In this document: piece after piece, positions 36,972-46,792 of the stretch
Position numbering within the stretch: the first letter of the stretch is position 1
Layout of the letters: each line of letters begins with the position of its first letter
From: a virus
Reading direction: 5' to 3' (one strand)
Length of the DNA stretch: 64,000 bases
Virus record (IMG/VR): IMGVR_UViG_3300045988_136221
Span: 89,223-153,222 of that record
Notes under the pieces: generated by a model
The model's input: the letters and a program-made list of their open reading frames with translations, nothing else
Told to the model about the DNA's origin: nothing
Database searches by the model: none
Program-made: the position numbers and the translations under genes

Positions 36972-37280
36972 ATGACTGACGAGGAATTTGCATTAGATAA
37001 TAAAAATGATAAGATAATTATCAAGAAAAAGATATCTTACTTAAGTAAGGGTGATAAGGTGTGGATCGTGTCTTCGGATGGGTATCTGTTGCACACAGAC
37101 ATTGTGCGTAGGGATCGTGGCAGATCTTATGTGGACATAGACGGAATACTGTATTGGAAACGAGGATTGGATGGCAAACATCGTAATCGTAGCAACTATA
37201 TGCAGTTTGCTATGACACCAGAAGATGGAAAAAAATATGTTACTTGTTATCCTGAAGGATTTAAAGATGATAGTTTATGA
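36972..37280 (+). CDS. hypothetical protein (102 aa)
   Basis: ORF track. Confidence 0.5.
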   Translation: MTDEEFALDNKNDKIIIKKKISYLSKGDKVWIVSSDGYLLHTDIVRRDRGRSYVDIDGILYWKRGLDGKHRNRSNYMQFAMTPEDGKKYVTCYPEGFKDDSL

Positions 37281-38296
37281 TAGTACCTAATACACATCTG
37301 CTATATAAGGAATTTAATGGCGTAAAACGTCTTGCTATATCTTATTCTCAGATAGATACGTTTTTAACATGCCCAATGAAATGGTATAAAACTTATATAG
37401 AAGGAAAGAGATCTACAGAAAAGCAGGAGGCTACATCTTATGGTACGGTCATTCACAAGACATTGGAATACTTTTTTAAAAACGGGAAACAGCCTTCTGG
37501 TAAAGATCTTGGGGAAGCTATAAGTTACTATGCTTACCAAGAAGACATACCTTGGCAATCACCAGAGAATATGATGATAGCCATGAAGCAATCTGGAGAG
37601 CTTCTTGCTTGGATTGTGGATCTTTTTAAAAAAGACGGGAATAGATTTATGATAGCTGATAGTGATCTTAATCCTTGTGAGAAACTTATAAGACATGGTG
37701 CTATAGTTGGAGTCGAAGAAGATTTTGTGCTGCCGTACCGTCTTCCTAAGCCAGTTGATATAAATGGGACCGTTCATACTCATGTGTATATAGTGGGGTC
37801 GGTAGACCTTCATCTGGCTATAAAGAGCAAAGGAGTGATCCATCATTATGTCATAGATTGGAAATCGGGGAATAAGGTTTTTGATTCTAAGAAGCTGGAA
37901 ACAAATTTACAGCATCCTATATATTCGTTTTACATCTATAGAAGATATGGTGGGGTTCTACCAGATATGAACATATATTTCTTTACCAGGACCAGGCAGT
38001 ACCAAAAGGTTAAGGTAGATGAGGAACGTAAAACAAAATCTATAGAGATGCTAAATGACACTTTATCTAAAATGTATGATTTTGAAGATAATAGTGTAAA
38101 ATCATTTCAAGCGTACATCCAGGGAGCAGAAGGAGCCAGGTATAGCAAGCGGCGTGCCACCCTAAGCCAGCCTGTTCCGCAAAACAAGCTACCCTGCCCG
38201 TCGGCGCTGTGTTATTATTGCGATTTTGGATTACATAACAAAAATGAATGCCCTTTCTCTTCAGATTGGGATCCGTCTAAAAAGATAAAGCAATGA
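37277..38296 (+). CDS. Cas4/RecB-family PD-(D/E)xK exonuclease with Fe-S cysteine cluster
   Basis: N-terminal ISYSQIDTFLTCPMKWY (SxS...CPxxY), VIDWKSG (D-x-K), and C-terminal CPSALCYYCDF..ECP cysteines consistent with the 4-Cys cluster of Cas4-like nucleases. Confidence 0.55.
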   Translation: MIVPNTHLLYKEFNGVKRLAISYSQIDTFLTCPMKWYKTYIEGKRSTEKQEATSYGTVIHKTLEYFFKNGKQPSGKDLGEAISYYAYQEDIPWQSPENMMIAMKQSGELLAWIVDLFKKDGNRFMIADSDLNPCEKLIRHGAIVGVEEDFVLPYRLPKPVDINGTVHTHVYIVGSVDLHLAIKSKGVIHHYVIDWKSGNKVFDSKKLETNLQHPIYSFYIYRRYGGVLPDMNIYFFTRTRQYQKVKVDEERKTKSIEMLNDTLSKMYDFEDNSVKSFQAYIQGAEGARYSKRRATLSQPVPQNKLPCPSALCYYCDFGLHNKNECPFSSDWDPSKKIKQ

Positions 38297-38466
38297 AATA
38301 CGAAGACATTCAAAAGTTAAGAACAAAATACCGGCAAGATCCGGAAGTTATAAACATAGAAGACATGCGAAACGTTGCTGTAAGATGCGGGAATTTCAAG
38401 AAAGCATTTGAGCTTCAAGAAAAGCTGGAGGATATATGGTTTAACTACTTAAAAGGAATACAATGA
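38293..38466 (+). CDS. hypothetical small protein (57 aa)
   Basis: Not in track (<60 aa). ATG overlaps stop of upstream gene (ATGA) and its stop overlaps ATG of downstream gene (ATGA): translational coupling on both sides. Confidence 0.4.
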   Translation: MKYEDIQKLRTKYRQDPEVINIEDMRNVAVRCGNFKKAFELQEKLEDIWFNYLKGIQ

Positions 38467-38783
38467 AAGAAGTTTTAATGGTTGGAGTAATAGCCTTTTT
38501 CTCATCATACTTGTTTATGACAGCTCTTATAAAAATAAGTAGGGCAGTAGATCGTTATAAGATGAAGAAGAAAACTGACAAAATCAAAGTTGGGCAACGA
38601 TATGAATCAAGAAACTTCTTTATGGATCCGTATGAAAGAGGGAAGCATATTGTTAGGATACTGGATATAAACAACGGATATGCGTTGTATAAGTACGAAT
38701 CTGGTTCTAATACGTTATATTCTACAGAACTTGAAGATATTGTTAAAAGATATGTTTTAATTACTGACGTTAAACACAAGTAA
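38463..38783 (+). CDS. hypothetical protein with N-terminal TM (106 aa)
   Basis: ORF track. Confidence 0.5.
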   Translation: MKEVLMVGVIAFFSSYLFMTALIKISRAVDRYKMKKKTDKIKVGQRYESRNFFMDPYERGKHIVRILDINNGYALYKYESGSNTLYSTELEDIVKRYVLITDVKHK

Positions 38784-38786
38784 GTC

Positions 38787-39164
38787 ATGAAAAAAGAAGT
38801 TACACTCAAGGAGGACATGGCTGCGTTTTATAGAAATGCAGGAAAGGAACTATGGATTTATAACGGACTTTTTAGAAACAAGGTATTGTCTATAAAAAAA
38901 GATAAAGCCATTATCATGTGTGAAACTGATGCTGAATATTCTGTGCTGATAGAAGATAATCAGTTTATTGCCGTAGCAAAAAACATGGATTATGATTACT
39001 GCCGTGCATTCACATTAGGCAATGCTGAGGCTTATGGCGATCGTATGGGCATATCGTGCAGTGTATGCCTGCTTGAAGATGACGAAGATAAGGCAAGGGA
39101 GATGTTAAAGGAGGCGATAATAGAACTTTCAGAAAACAGTAAAATAGATTGCGATGGGCTTTGA
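38787..39164 (+). CDS. hypothetical protein (125 aa)
   Basis: ORF track. Confidence 0.5.
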   Translation: MKKEVTLKEDMAAFYRNAGKELWIYNGLFRNKVLSIKKDKAIIMCETDAEYSVLIEDNQFIAVAKNMDYDYCRAFTLGNAEAYGDRMGISCSVCLLEDDEDKAREMLKEAIIELSENSKIDCDGL

Positions 39165-41523
39165 ACTTAGACCTTACCAAAAAGAAGCAGTAGATGCCGG
39201 GCTTAAGTTTCTCACGGGAAGATCTAAGAAGCCTGGCATAATCGTAGCCCCATGCGGATCAGGAAAGAGCCTTCTAATATCCAAGATAGCGCATGAGATA
39301 AATAGACCGACGTTAGTATTGCAGCCCTCGAAAGAGATTCTGGAACAGAATTATGCAAAGGCTACATCATTTGGATCTGAGCCGACCATATACTCTGCTT
39401 CATGTGGAAAAAAAGAGTTATCATCCATGACCTACGCCACACTTAAAAGCATAAAGAAAGACGTAGCAAGGCTGAAAGATATAGGGATAGACACGTTGTT
39501 AATAGACGAATGTTTTACTGGAGATGTGGAAATATTAACTGAAAAAGGATTTACTCAATTTAATAAATTGGAACAAAATGTAAGGGTAGCTCAATATGAT
39601 AAAGGATTTATTGATTTTGTGACACCTATCAGATATATCAATAAACCGCACGATGGTGATATTTGTTTACTTCATATTAAACATGGAATAGATCTTCCAG
39701 TAACAAAGAATCATGATTTCTTGTTTTATGATAAGAAATACGGAAAATGGTATAAACAGAAAATATCTGAAGCTTCTTTTAAATACGGAAAATGCATTCC
39801 AGTATCAGGGATATCGCGTGTAAATAATGGAGAAGACCTACTATCTGATATGGAACGATTATTTATAGCAACACAGGCAGACGGAAATATCCATGTCAAA
39901 AATGATAATGACACAATTGTATCTTTTTCGTTTTCAAAAGAAAGAAAAATAAAAAGGATTCATTATTTATGTAAGAATGCAAACGTTGAGATATGGGAAG
40001 TTAAGAGAAAAATAGGAAAGGGGGAGAATACAAATAATAAAAGAAGATTTATGGTAAGAATGCCAAAGTTTACAACAAAGGATATTCGAAATCATATATC
40101 ATTCCCGATGTCTTATGAAAAAGCAAGATCAGTAATAGAAGAATGCTCTTTGTGGGATGGGAGTATTATAGGCAATACGATGCTTTATTATTCATCAACA
40201 GATAAAACACAGGTGGATTTCTATAATTCTGTAGCTACAATAGCTGGTCACGGATGTTATGTTTCTATTGAGAAGGATGACAGAAAAGAAACATATTCTG
40301 ATGTTTATAGGCTTTTTATAACAAAAGACAAAAAACTAAGAGGCACTAACTCTATGTATAAACGATATGAAAAATACACCGGACAAGTTTATTGCGTAGA
40401 GGTTCCATCTGGATGTATAGTGCTAAGATATAAAGGATATACGTTTGTTTCCGGAAATTGTCATGCAGGGTATTCACCTGAAGAAGGTTCGGAATTTATG
40501 GAATTTATGAGCGAATTTCCACAGGCAAAAGTGCTGGGCTTCACCGCCACCCCCTGCCGCCTCAGAGCCTACAGTTCCATGCTGGAAGGAAACTATAGCA
40601 AACTTAATATGCTGACAAAAGACGAGCATAACTTCTTCAAGAAGTTAGTTCATGTAATACAAATACAAGAGCTAACTTCTCAAGGTTTTTGGTGTCCACT
40701 TAAGTACGAACGATGGTCATTTGACGAATCGGCTCTGATGTTAAACAGTACCGGAGCCGAATATACCAATGAATCCATTAAAGAAAGCATTGTACGAAAT
40801 GGCTTAAACAACTCTATCTACAAGCGCCTTCTTCAGCTTATGAACGAGCGTAAAGCCATTTTGGTCTGTATGGATTCTATCGAATCATGTAATAGAATAT
40901 CAGAGTTCATGAATGCCAAAATGGGAGCCATAACCGGTGTCGTAACATCATTAACAACCAAAAAGAAAAGAGAACAAATTATATCCGATTTCAAGGAAGG
41001 TAAGCTAAAGGTAGTTTTTAATTATTCAACGCTCGCTACAGGATTTGACTTTCCTGAACTTGATTGTGTGATGTTTGGGCGTCCAACATTCTCATATTCA
41101 ACATATTACCAGATATTAGGCCGTGCAGTACGCATCCATCCTGACAAGAAAGAGGCACTGATAGTTGATTGCTGCGACAACATGAGACGCTTTGGTCGGA
41201 TAGAAGACTTGACAATCGAACAATTCCCTTCTAAGGGCTGGTGTATGTTTGCCGGCGATCAACTTCTGTCCAATATAAGGATGGGTGATATTATTACCAA
41301 AGACGAGATCCTTCGTCGGGCAGCCTCGCTTAAATCTGTAAATGGAGATGATAGGAGAGAAGACGATCTTGACAGTATAATAATGTGGTTTGGTAAATAT
41401 GAAGGGATTAGATTCAAGGACATACCGGTGTCGTATTTTAGGTTCTTGGCTGAGAATATGGCAGTAAAACCAGGAGATAGAAAAGAAAAGATTATCGAAT
41501 ATTATAATAGAATAAAAGCATGA
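39154..41523 (+). CDS. SF2 DExH-box DNA helicase precursor carrying an intein
   Basis: RPYQ (Q-motif), Walker A VAPCGSGKS, motif II LLIDE|C...N|CH interrupted by intein, motif III GFTATP after the intein. Mature helicase ~473 aa. Confidence 0.75.
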   Translation: MGFELRPYQKEAVDAGLKFLTGRSKKPGIIVAPCGSGKSLLISKIAHEINRPTLVLQPSKEILEQNYAKATSFGSEPTIYSASCGKKELSSMTYATLKSIKKDVARLKDIGIDTLLIDECFTGDVEILTEKGFTQFNKLEQNVRVAQYDKGFIDFVTPIRYINKPHDGDICLLHIKHGIDLPVTKNHDFLFYDKKYGKWYKQKISEASFKYGKCIPVSGISRVNNGEDLLSDMERLFIATQADGNIHVKNDNDTIVSFSFSKERKIKRIHYLCKNANVEIWEVKRKIGKGENTNNKRRFMVRMPKFTTKDIRNHISFPMSYEKARSVIEECSLWDGSIIGNTMLYYSSTDKTQVDFYNSVATIAGHGCYVSIEKDDRKETYSDVYRLFITKDKKLRGTNSMYKRYEKYTGQVYCVEVPSGCIVLRYKGYTFVSGNCHAGYSPEEGSEFMEFMSEFPQAKVLGFTATPCRLRAYSSMLEGNYSKLNMLTKDEHNFFKKLVHVIQIQELTSQGFWCPLKYERWSFDESALMLNSTGAEYTNESIKESIVRNGLNNSIYKRLLQLMNERKAILVCMDSIESCNRISEFMNAKMGAITGVVTSLTTKKKREQIISDFKEGKLKVVFNYSTLATGFDFPELDCVMFGRPTFSYSTYYQILGRAVRIHPDKKEALIVDCCDNMRRFGRIEDLTIEQFPSKGWCMFAGDQLLSNIRMGDIITKDEILRRAASLKSVNGDDRREDDLDSIIMWFGKYEGIRFKDIPVSYFRFLAENMAVKPGDRKEKIIEYYNRIKA
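39511..40458 (+). other. intein (316 aa) with LAGLIDADG homing-endonuclease domain, inserted inside helicase motif II (DE^CH)
   Basis: Begins with Cys (CFTGDVEILTEKG, block A), block B VTKNHDFLF (TxxH), LAGLIDADG-like LFIATQADGNI and LWDGSIIGN, ends ...FVSGN followed by Cys (CHAGY). Penultimate residue is G rather than the usual H. Confidence 0.7.
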
Positions 41524-41876
41524 ACGACAAGAGAAGAAAAAAAATATTGGGTGTTATTAAAAACGTAGATAAGTATAAAACAGATTTTGAATACATCAAA
41601 TCAAAGTTATCGGAGTTGAAGTATAACATAAATTTAGTCAAGGATGATGTTGATATGATTTTAGATGAAGAGACTGAGGCGAGAGATAATATACCGGAAT
41701 CGCTACAAGACTCAGAAAGATATTGGGAATCAGATCGAGCTGTAACTGATATGGAAGAGGTGGTTGATGACATGGAAGGTATTATAAATGATTTAGATGA
41801 TGTGATTTCAACCATAGATGGGAGTATTAAAACCATAAATGGTTCTATTAAAGTGAATTTGGAAGGAGTAATATGA
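41520..41876 (+). CDS. hypothetical acidic protein (118 aa)
   Basis: ORF track; ATGA overlap. Confidence 0.5.
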   Translation: MNDKRRKKILGVIKNVDKYKTDFEYIKSKLSELKYNINLVKDDVDMILDEETEARDNIPESLQDSERYWESDRAVTDMEEVVDDMEGIINDLDDVISTIDGSIKTINGSIKVNLEGVI

Positions 41877-42164
41877 ATGGAAACAAATGAATTAAGAGAG
41901 ATACTTAAATTGTATGATCTTCAACATGATGTTGTTATCAATAAAAGTTCAAGAAGATATTCTATTATCTTAGATAATAACATAATAGGAACCAATCACG
42001 CTGAAGAGAGGGTGGTTGTATTCCGTCCTATACCAGAAGGGAAGAACACGTTCTGCATGGAACGAGATAGGTTCTATACGGAGTTTGAAGAGGCTTTTGA
42101 TGATGATAAGGCTATAGAAGCTGTAAGGCAATATTTTGAAAACAACAAAAACAGAAAGTTATGA
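41877..42164 (+). CDS. hypothetical protein (95 aa)
   Basis: ORF track. Confidence 0.5.
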   Translation: METNELREILKLYDLQHDVVINKSSRRYSIILDNNIIGTNHAEERVVVFRPIPEGKNTFCMERDRFYTEFEEAFDDDKAIEAVRQYFENNKNRKL

Positions 42165-42502
42165 ACGAAAACGAAATATTTAGATTGAAGGGCAGAATCG
42201 CTATATCCAATCTATCACGTGAGGACAAAGATATGATAAATAGCATCCTTGATGGTGTCAATAAAAAGGATGAAGAGGAAAAAGGATATGTCTATACCGT
42301 GAGAGTAAAACTAAACAACGGAAAGGATTCATATGCTACTTTATTTTTTAAAAGAAAGACAGGTCCCACATTTGAAGATTTAAAGAAGGTTCTTAATGAT
42401 ATGGGGGTTAAAAGTGATGATTATAACAATAACGGCATAATTATCATTAACCGCATTGTTATGAGCGGAGAAGAATTTGATCTCTTTATAAAAGAAAAAT
42501 GA
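42161..42502 (+). CDS. hypothetical protein (113 aa)
   Basis: ORF track. Confidence 0.5.
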   Translation: MNENEIFRLKGRIAISNLSREDKDMINSILDGVNKKDEEEKGYVYTVRVKLNNGKDSYATLFFKRKTGPTFEDLKKVLNDMGVKSDDYNNNGIIIINRIVMSGEEFDLFIKEK

Positions 42503-42546
42503 TGGACTATATTATTATATCAAATAATTAAAACGACGATAAAACA

Positions 42547-44028
42547 ATGGAAAAGATGGATGATATTATTATACCAAAGGGGGAAAGCGTGGTTATTAAC
42601 AAAGATGTTCATGCTTATAAAACATTAGTAGCCCAAAAAGGACTTAAGGTAGTGTGTGAAAAAGATATCAAAAAGGGAGATAAGGAGGCTACGCTGTCGT
42701 ATGAAGGTCGTATGGAAATCGATATACCAATTGAATATATACTGAAGAGTAATAATATCCTTTTCAAAGAGGGAGAATTGCTTTTTGTTAAAAAGGATTA
42801 TTCTTTTAAAGATAACATTGTTCCTGGAGGAGCTATAGTTGAGTTGGCGGAAGATGTCTACAATGTAGATGTTATGGCTGTCATATATTATGAAGGGGGA
42901 AAGACTTGTATGCCCTTAGAATTATTAGAACCTGTTAGTTCAGAAAAAGGCAATAGTGAAAAAGAAGGGAAATCAGTGAAAAATGACATCATTGATGATA
43001 AACTACGATGGGATTTGCTTCCGATGGAAGAAATTGAGGACATTGTAAAAGTCTATCATGCCGGAGCTAAGAAATATGGGCCTAATAATTGGCAGAATCT
43101 TGACAATGGCATAAATAGGTATAGAGCTGCAAGTCAAAGGCATATGATGGAGTATTTAAGAGGAAATAAGATAGATGAAGAAACGGGGTGTTATCATCTT
43201 GCGCAATGCGCATGGAATATTATTGCTATGTTATATCTTGATAAACATGGTCACGGTATAAATGTAGATAAAGCTAAAACTAATAGATTTATAGAAAAAG
43301 CAACACTGGTCCATAATGGACGATATGATTACTCGAACGTTGTTTATATAAAAAACGATGAGAAGGTAGAAATAATATGTAAGACTCATGGATCGTTTAT
43401 GCAAACACCTCATAATCATTTAAACGGAGCAGGATGCCCAAAATGTCATATAGATGGAAATAAAAGACTTATATGCGGAGTAGGAATAAATGATTTTTAT
43501 GGGAAAAAGACAGATAGAAGTTATAATGTATGGATGCATTTAATAAAAAGATGTTATTCTAAAAATAAAAAAGGAGCATATAAAGATTGCACCGTGTGCG
43601 ATGAGTGGAAATTATACAGCAACTTTAAGAAATTTTATGATGATAATTGCAAAAATGACACATTCCACTTAGACAAAGATATACTTGTTCAGGGGAATAA
43701 AATATATTCTCCAAATACATGCTTATTCGTGCCAGAGGAAGTAAATGAGACTATAACGTCAGAATGGAGTGATAATAAATCATTACCTGTAGGTGTAACA
43801 ATGACAAAACTTGGTAAATTTAGAGCAAGATGTTGTGATGGATCCAAAAATGGCAAACAGAAACATCTTGGAGTATTCGACACACCTGAAGAAGCATTTG
43901 AGGCGTACAAAGAGGCGAAATTAAATAGACTGAAAAAGTTAGCGGAAAAATATGTAAAAAGTGGAGATATAGACAAAAGAGTGTACGATGCCATATTAAA
44001 CTATAAAATATTACCATTTAAAGCTTAG
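42547..44028 (+). CDS. multi-domain protein: N-terminal region with RWDLLP-containing domain + HNH-type endonuclease + AP2 DNA-binding domain
   Basis: C-terminal LPVGVTMTKLGKFRARCCDGSKNGKQKHLGVFDTPEEAFEAYKEAK is a textbook AP2 domain; preceding Cys/His cluster (CKTHGSF..HNHLNGAGCPKC; CTVCDEW) is HNH-like. Middle LRWDLLPMEEIEDIVKVYHAGAKKYGPNNW resembles the phage dATP/dGTP-pyrophosphohydrolase N-terminal domain as I remember it (unverified). Confidence 0.45.
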   Translation: MEKMDDIIIPKGESVVINKDVHAYKTLVAQKGLKVVCEKDIKKGDKEATLSYEGRMEIDIPIEYILKSNNILFKEGELLFVKKDYSFKDNIVPGGAIVELAEDVYNVDVMAVIYYEGGKTCMPLELLEPVSSEKGNSEKEGKSVKNDIIDDKLRWDLLPMEEIEDIVKVYHAGAKKYGPNNWQNLDNGINRYRAASQRHMMEYLRGNKIDEETGCYHLAQCAWNIIAMLYLDKHGHGINVDKAKTNRFIEKATLVHNGRYDYSNVVYIKNDEKVEIICKTHGSFMQTPHNHLNGAGCPKCHIDGNKRLICGVGINDFYGKKTDRSYNVWMHLIKRCYSKNKKGAYKDCTVCDEWKLYSNFKKFYDDNCKNDTFHLDKDILVQGNKIYSPNTCLFVPEEVNETITSEWSDNKSLPVGVTMTKLGKFRARCCDGSKNGKQKHLGVFDTPEEAFEAYKEAKLNRLKKLAEKYVKSGDIDKRVYDAILNYKILPFKA

Positions 44029-44044
44029 ATAAGGAGGAAAAGAA

Positions 44045-44356
44045 ATGACAAGAGAGCAACTAAATTATTTATGGGAAAAAGAGCTTCGTGCTATAAAAAA
44101 TCATAAAGACAATATTGATAGAATCAAAAAAGAATATTTTGATTCCAATTATGGGTTAAAGGAAGGAGATAAGATCCGTATTTTACACGAAGCAGGAGAT
44201 GAAATGACAGGTTTCTTTAAAAAAGCTAAAGTCTACGAAGACGGAGATCTGTACTTGATAATCCAAAATCAGAACGAAAAAGGTGGCAAAGGTAGAGGAA
44301 CATGGGACATCTATCTATCATCAAAATCAATTAAAATAGAAAAATTATCAGATTAA
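44045..44356 (+). CDS. hypothetical protein (103 aa)
   Basis: ORF track; AGGAGG SD. Confidence 0.55.
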   Translation: MTREQLNYLWEKELRAIKNHKDNIDRIKKEYFDSNYGLKEGDKIRILHEAGDEMTGFFKKAKVYEDGDLYLIIQNQNEKGGKGRGTWDIYLSSKSIKIEKLSD

Positions 44357-44363
44357 TAACGAT

Positions 44364-44894
44364 ATGATTATAGCAAGATTTTATATTAAAAAATCCGACT
44401 GTGGTAACGACTACCGTCCAGTCAAATGGCCTATAAAATATCCATATTGGTGTAGTGGTGAATCCGATGATTCATTCATACTTGTAGCGTATGCCGAAGA
44501 CGAAGACAGCATAAAAGAGCTGTGGCCGGAAGCATACGATATTAATGTTTTAGAAAAAGATACTGAGGTTAAATTCACATCAAGATTTCCTAAGCCGGGA
44601 TGGTATGAATTGTATGAAAAGGAATTAGAAGAATATGGTACATTTGTGTGGGTTACAGACACATGTCTGCAAGATGGTAAAATAAAAAAAGTAAAAGCTA
44701 AAATAGAAGATTATGATGGTACTTTATTAGCCGATACCCCTAACCGGTACACTCCTTATACGATAGGATATCAAGCTTTTAAAAGCAAAGAAGAAGCTTT
44801 GAAATGTGCAGAGGAACAGAGAACGGATTCAATTGAATATTTTAAAAAACAATTGAATGAACTTGAAAATCTAAAATTTGAGTGCGATGATTAA
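44364..44894 (+). CDS. hypothetical protein (176 aa)
   Basis: ORF track. Confidence 0.5.
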   Translation: MIIARFYIKKSDCGNDYRPVKWPIKYPYWCSGESDDSFILVAYAEDEDSIKELWPEAYDINVLEKDTEVKFTSRFPKPGWYELYEKELEEYGTFVWVTDTCLQDGKIKKVKAKIEDYDGTLLADTPNRYTPYTIGYQAFKSKEEALKCAEEQRTDSIEYFKKQLNELENLKFECDD

Positions 44895-45600
44895 CTATGC
44901 AGCAAAAGCTAAAAGAGCTTATTTGATAAACAATTTCGATAAGATTCTTAACAGTCTTAACACACTTCATTCAACGGTTGAGACCATGACGTTGTTCGTA
45001 AATGACCAGGCTTATAATTACATTATTAAACTGAAGGAGGTAATTAAAGGCAGTCCTATGTATAAGCATAACATCAAGCGCTTTTTAAATGATATGGATA
45101 AGGAGATAAAGAGGTATAATGCTTCTATCTATTACATAAATAAAGAGCGTAGTGAGGTTATAGCTGATATAACACAAGTTATGGAAGACTGCCTCATGCC
45201 ATACATAGACAACCTGGCTGGCGCTATAAGGGCAGCCGTGTGGTCGAAGGGTGTGTCTGAGGAGCGGACGGAAGCGGCGGTCCTGGCCCTTATCGTATCC
45301 TCCTTGGCCACGACATCAGGCAGACTTATCTCAGGTGGATATCAGATCATGAAAGAAATGGGTGGAGGTCAAGGTGGTAATCCATTTACGTTTATGAACA
45401 TTGATAAGATAAGACACTTATCTACATCATTATCTGATGCTATTACCGGTGGAGAAATAGCTCTTGAAGAAAAAGAAGCCAATGACATAACTAAGGCGAT
45501 GGATGTTTTTATTGAGAAAATGTCCGATTCAGATATTGTTGACAAAGTAATTAGCATACTCGAAGAAGCAGAATCTAAAAATAAGGAGGAACGATCATGA
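44878..45600 (+). CDS. hypothetical protein (240 aa)
   Basis: ORF track. Confidence 0.5.
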   Translation: MSAMINYAAKAKRAYLINNFDKILNSLNTLHSTVETMTLFVNDQAYNYIIKLKEVIKGSPMYKHNIKRFLNDMDKEIKRYNASIYYINKERSEVIADITQVMEDCLMPYIDNLAGAIRAAVWSKGVSEERTEAAVLALIVSSLATTSGRLISGGYQIMKEMGGGQGGNPFTFMNIDKIRHLSTSLSDAITGGEIALEEKEANDITKAMDVFIEKMSDSDIVDKVISILEEAESKNKEERS

Positions 45601-45788
45601 ATTACTTAGATGGGTACGTAGAAGAGGTTCTTTCCGAGCCGTATTATGATGATTACGGATCGGGAATTTTCAGGTGGTGGGTGAAAGTGTCTTACGATTG
45701 TTATGGCATGGGAGCCGTTACTACCTTAATGTTTGATACAAAAGAAGAAGCGGAAGCGGTAAAACCAGGTTATAAATTTTTATGTTGA
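45597..45788 (+). CDS. hypothetical protein (63 aa)
   Basis: ORF track; AGGAGG SD. Confidence 0.5.
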   Translation: MNYLDGYVEEVLSEPYYDDYGSGIFRWWVKVSYDCYGMGAVTTLMFDTKEEAEAVKPGYKFLC

Positions 45789-45795
45789 AAATAAT

Positions 45796-46029
45796 ATGAA
45801 ATATTTTGTTTTATTGATGACACTTGTATTATCATCATGCAAATATGATAATCAAGTTAATGACGGATGGGTTATATACGATTTAAAACCTTTACGTGGT
45901 GGATGTATAATGTATTATGGTGAAGACGAAAGAGTTTCAATAGCTCACAGTAATAGGTTAATAAAATTCGTTGGGCACCAAGGGGAATACAATATAGGAG
46001 ATTCCATTAAGATCGTAAAAATTAAATAA
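45796..46029 (+). CDS. small lipoprotein (77 aa)
   Basis: Signal peptide with lipobox LSS|C (MKYFVLLMTLVLSSCK). Confidence 0.5.
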   Translation: MKYFVLLMTLVLSSCKYDNQVNDGWVIYDLKPLRGGCIMYYGEDERVSIAHSNRLIKFVGHQGEYNIGDSIKIVKIK

Positions 46030-46030
46030 T

Positions 46031-46510
46031 ATGGAAAAGAATTTAAAACTCGTATGTCCGAAATGTGGCACCCCTCACCAGCCTCATTCTCCGCACACGA
46101 TGGATGCAGATGGATTTGAAAGGTGTGAGATAAGAACTATCATGGAAGACAAGGGATGGTGCTACGAATGCTCTTTTTGGCAAAATATGTACGACAAACA
46201 CAAAGACGATCCGGGATGGGTTAGGATAGACGGTGAAAGCTGGGTGCTTAAGCCTATGGTGGAAAACGTGCCAAGAGGATGGAATGGCCTTGGATGTGGT
46301 GGAAGAAAAATGTATGTCAATATCGAAGGGAAAGGCGTTGTTGTATCAAATAACTGCTGGTGCCAAGGTGATGTTTCGGACGCATTTAAGGAACTGATGC
46401 CTGATAATGCTACTTGGGCTACGAAGGAGGAATTTGACAAAGCTCCTGTAGTAGGATATATTATAGAAGGTATTGGTTTAGTTTTCACAGATAGGGTACA
46501 TTTTTTATAA
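46031..46510 (+). CDS. Cys-rich protein (159 aa)
   Basis: ORF track; CPKCG...C; multiple Cys/Trp. Confidence 0.5.
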   Translation: MEKNLKLVCPKCGTPHQPHSPHTMDADGFERCEIRTIMEDKGWCYECSFWQNMYDKHKDDPGWVRIDGESWVLKPMVENVPRGWNGLGCGGRKMYVNIEGKGVVVSNNCWCQGDVSDAFKELMPDNATWATKEEFDKAPVVGYIIEGIGLVFTDRVHFL

Positions 46511-46566
46511 ATCAATTAAGATAATTATATATCTCAATTAATTATTCACTTTTAAAAATTATAGTT

Positions 46567-46731
46567 ATGAAAACAAAAGAAGAAAAACAAAAGAAATTTT
46601 TGACAGAATTTGAAATCAACGGGCGAAAATACGCTGGTGAAATATGGGCTACTTCTTGGGATGAGGCAGAAGATTTTGTTAAACAAAAAGCTGCAACAGA
46701 AGAAGTAGTGGGAGTTATTCCAAATGATTAA
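46567..46731 (+). CDS. hypothetical small protein (54 aa)
   Basis: Not in track; last + strand ORF before bidirectional terminator. Confidence 0.35.
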   Translation: MKTKEEKQKKFLTEFEINGRKYAGEIWATSWDEAEDFVKQKAATEEVVGVIPND

Positions 46732-46742
46732 GGCAGTTATAT

Positions 46743-46789
46743 ATACAATTCTGCATATAGATGATAGTATAGATTCTATATGCAGAATT
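46743..46789. terminator. bidirectional terminator at convergence of + and - gene blocks
   Basis: Perfect 17-bp stem acaattctgcatataga/tctatatgcagaattgt with 13-nt loop; T/A-rich flanks on both sides. Confidence 0.7.
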
Positions 46790-46792
46790 GTT

